A DNA stretch of 64,000 bases from Balamuthia mandrillaris (taxonomy: Eukaryota), in contig JAVKOQ020000091.1 of NCBI GenBank assembly GCA_031835245.2, positions 1 to 64,000 on the forward strand, read 5' to 3'. The notes beneath the pieces were generated by a model that saw only the letters and a list, made by a program, of their open reading frames with translations, was not told the origin of the DNA and did no database searches. Shown here in pieces: positions 62,656 through 64,000 of this stretch (position 1 is the first letter of the stretch; the number at the start of each line of letters is the position of its first letter). A program made the translations under genes and the position numbers.

Positions 62656-63367
62656 GTCGCGCTCTCTGTTTTCCTTCCCTTTCTTTTTTTTCTTCACCTA
62701 CTTTTCACTTCTTTCTAATCCTACTTGCAAAACTCAAGATTGCCAAAGAAGGCGATAAAGTTATCTTGCATAAAGACTTGGACAACAAAAAGTAACCTCT
62801 CTCTCTCTCTCTCTCGACTTGTCTCTTCTGACCTCCAAAAACAGGATCAGAATAACTGTTTGGCGCAACGACGTAGAAGAGACCCCACACAACCACACAC
62901 ACCCCGAAGGCACGGAGGAGGCCGAATATGCTGATGACCAACAACCCTCCGAGGAAGGAGAGGAAGAGCAACAAGACCAATCCGAAGCGGTGGAACGCTC
63001 CCCGGACCTCTTCGAAGTGGAAATCAAACGCGGCAACCAGAGCTTGACCCTTCACTGCGCCGCCGGCGACAACTTTTACGACATCCTCTCCATCACCCAC
63101 CACAGTGGCGCGGAGGAGGAGGAGGGAGTCTCGGAGGACCTTCCCGACGGCGAGGAGATAGAGACACACTTTAAGGGCTACCTGCGGGACACTTTGGGCA
63201 TTGGGGATGACTTTGGGCAGGTGGTCGACACGGCCTTGGGCTACTACGAGGACAAGCACTTTGCAGATTGGCTGAGCCGCGTGTCCGCCTTCATGAAGGA
63301 GGAGAGCGGAAGCGGAGGTGGCTCTCATCATCAGGAGAAGAAGAAGTCTTCTCGCAGTCGCAAGTAA
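62118..63367 (+). CDS. Mitochondrial acidic glycoprotein MAM33/p32 (C1QBP) family, 4 exons
   Basis: Long Arg/Ser presequence ending KRFYA; acidic body; FEVEIKRG..LTLHC; FKGYLRDTLGIGDDF...YEDKHFADWLSRVSAF (the family C-terminal helices). Confidence 0.85.
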
Positions 63368-63558
63368 GGCGGCGCAAATGCTTCACCTTGCCGAGTAAAC
63401 TTTTTTTTTGCCAAAACTCTTTTATTGTTGTTCTATCGAATATTGTTGATCTATAACGTGATCGAACCAATTGAAAATCAATGATATCAAATATTTGTTG
63501 AAATTAATCACAAAAATATCGTAAAAATTGTGCGAATGCCGTCAAAAAAATCGCCGTT

Positions 63559-64000
63559 TTAGCTCAACTCTTTGTCCAGATGGTAGAGCAAGCCCTTGAC
63601 CTTGGAGTAGGCCTTCACCTTCTCCAGGATCTCGGTGACCTCGGCCTCGGCGTTGACCTGCTCGTCCACGAAGAACTGGAGGAAGCTGTAGGCGGCGTGG
63701 TCCTTGCTGTTGAGAGCAATGTCAGCGAGCTCGCTGATGTTCTTGGTGTTCTCCTCCTCCACCTTGAGGAGGTCCTCCCAAACCTCTTGGGCGGTGGTCC
63801 ACTCTGCCTTTGGTGCTTTCTGCTTGTTTGTTTATTTGAGAGACAAAAACATTAAGAAAGAGATGAAATCAACAAAAGAAAAAGAAAAAAGAAAAAAGAA
63901 AAAAGAAAAAAGAAAAAAGAGAGAAAGAAAATAGAAAACAAAATAAAAAAAAAGAAAAGAGAAAAAGCAAAGTTTTTGTTACCTGCTCTCCAAGGACAGG
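63559..64000 (-). CDS. Ferritin, prokaryote (FtnA)-type; 3' part only
   Basis: PVLGEQ|KAPKAEW..EEENTKNISELADIA..KDHAAYSFLQFFVDEQVNAEAE..LLYHLDKEL*; one GT-AG intron (~63820-63982). Confidence 0.85.

Overview
Gene-dense, intron-rich eukaryotic (protist) genomic DNA. Short GT-AG introns, GA/TC and GAA/CAA microsatellites and the gene content suggest a free-living amoebozoan (Acanthamoeba/Balamuthia-like; inference). All gene models were spliced by eye. About 23 protein-coding genes are present: NDUFC2-like and COX7C-like (head-to-head), RalGAP-alpha, a PTS1-ending orphan, three-Trx PDI (TXNDC5-like), HIRA, TXNDC15-like, MRT4, RagC/D, nurim, ALAS, an IQ-DH-PH-RhoGAP protein, a Cbl-TKB/SH2-RhoGAP-RasGEF protein, Ras, soluble fumarate reductase, Irc21-type cytochrome b5, epoxide hydrolase, a low-complexity protein with a transposase-like Cys/His domain, an EEP nuclease/phosphatase, a ZnF-F-box-chromodomain-AT-hook protein, MAM33, a partial bacterial-type ferritin and a truncated unknown gene. 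There are also two identical inverted tRNA-Gly(GCC) genes. The best leads are: (1) the F-box-chromodomain fusion; (2) a probable domesticated transposase DNA-binding domain; (3) a box H/ACA snoRNA invisible to the ORF track, with a 12-bp guide to LSU rRNA; (4) minor-spliceosome (U12) introns, including an AT-AC intron directly after the RagC/D start codon; (5) the unusual SH2/GEF/GAP/Ras cluster; and (6) a recurrent GTCGAC promoter motif. Most short ORFs in the supplied track are microsatellite or antisense artefacts.
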